Assembly: GCA_043228905.1 (NCBI GenBank)
Contig: JBHGNT010000017.1
Coordinates: 11,780,001 to 11,844,000, forward strand
Direction of reading: 5' to 3'
Source: Azolla caroliniana
Lineage: Eukaryota > Plantae > Polypodiophyta
Length of the DNA: 64,000 nucleotides
The translations under genes and the position numbers were made by a program. The notes beneath the pieces are model-generated. The model had not been told where the DNA came from and did no database searches. It saw only the letters and a list, made by a program, of their open reading frames with translations. Below are positions 62,880 to 64,000 of the stretch, piece by piece (the stretch's first letter is position 1; the number at the start of each line of letters is the position of its first letter).

Positions 62880-64000
62880 CGGTCACTTGTCATCATCCAA
62901 TCTTTGTCCTTAGTACTCTGAAGCATTGTTCTGGATGTGGCTTCGTCAGGCAATCAACGATGTTCACCTTAGTGTCGATCTTCTGGACATCGAGCTCCTT
63001 CTGGCTTACAAGCTCCCAGATATGATGATACCGCACCTCAATATGGTTGGTCTTCGCATAATAGCACCTTTCGAATATAGTCGGACTGGGAGAGTCGGAG
63101 AGTGTTTGTCATCCGATTTTGTTCTATCCTCATGCCCAATATGTGTTAGGCTTCTCCTAGTTCCTTCATCGTGAACTTGTCATGAAGGCTCCGCTTTAGT
63201 TTTCCGTTTTCAGCTTGATTGCTCCCTGCAATCAGCATGTCATCGACATATAGGATCAGATAGATCCGGGACTCGTTGGCTACTTGCCGAGTATATAGAC
63301 ATAGGTCGGAGTCAGATTGGTGGTATCCAAGCTACCTGATGTAGGAGTCAAACTCCTGGTACCACATCCTCGACGCTTGTTTTAAGCCATAAAGGCTTTT
63401 CTTCAATCGACATACGAGGTGACTTTCCTCCCTTGTCACCGTGAAGACTGCCGGTTGAGACATGTAGATGTCTTCTTCCAGATCTCCGTGTAGAAATGTC
63501 TTCTTGACATCCAATTGCTCCAACTCTAGGTCTTCTATCATTGCTTGGACCCTTTCGCGACAAGCTGAGATTTCTATTTGGTTTTCTCTGAGTTAGATAC
63601 ATATTTGTATCTGAACACCCATTTGTAGGGTAGCGGCTTCCTTCCTGTTGGTAGTTCATCCAACTCCCATGTTTGATTATGTTGAATCGAGACCATCTCG
63701 GATCGCATGGCTTGTAGCCATGTATTAGCATCCGGTGCAGCGATAGCTTCTTCGTATCTACTTGATTCACTTGCATCGGTGTACTTGACGTAGTCGAGGC
63801 CCGGTTGGTAAAACACTGTTGGCCTTCGATTTTGTCCAGATCTCCTGGGTGACGTATTGGTTGGTTTAGATCCTTTGATCGGCTCTGTCGATCAATCGGT
63901 ACTGGTTGAACCACTTATATCAGGAGACGTATTGGGTGACTTGCCCCTGTGATATGATTTCAGTGATGTCACTTCATCCTCCCCTTCTTCAGGCCTTCGG
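62880..64000 (-). pseudogene. Degenerate copia RT/RNase H fragment with internal deletions, cut by the window end
   Basis: WLQAMRSEMVSIQHNQTWEL..YKWVFRYK (63574-63816), LEQLDVKKTFLHGDLEEDIYMSQP..LYGLKQASRMWY (63332-63541), LILYVDDML near 63235-63262. Confidence 0.85.

Overview
The window is almost entirely nested LTR retrotransposons from a large plant genome. The lineage mix (Tcn1-like chromovirus, fungal/Ylt1-like and non-chromoviral Ty3/gypsy, several Ty1/copia) suggests a non-seed plant such as a fern; this is inference. No host gene, rRNA, true tRNA gene or CRISPR array was seen. Six insertions are bounded by paired LTRs and 5-bp TSDs: copia 8764-20055, copia 13145-18603 (intact 1357-aa gag-pol), chromovirus 29434-48694, gypsy 31479-46372 (minus), copia 33379-38828 and copia 55975-61300 (minus). 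About ten more elements are truncated or chimeric. The most striking signal is in a non-chromoviral gypsy lineage whose three visible 3' ends lack a polypurine tract. Each instead has a conserved 42-43 nt tRNA-3'-end-like hairpin (GTGGG-TTCGA..CCCAC-N7-CCA) 2 nt before the 3' LTR and just after a conserved extra ORF, which suggests a non-PPT, possibly tRNA-primed, plus-strand initiation mechanism. Other signals: an invariant stem around the PPT in three copia families with otherwise unrelated LTRs, Tf1-type self-priming in the chromovirus, and a tRNA-Trp-primed, -1 frameshifting Ylt1-like element. All comparisons were made by eye, and tRNA sequences are recalled from memory.
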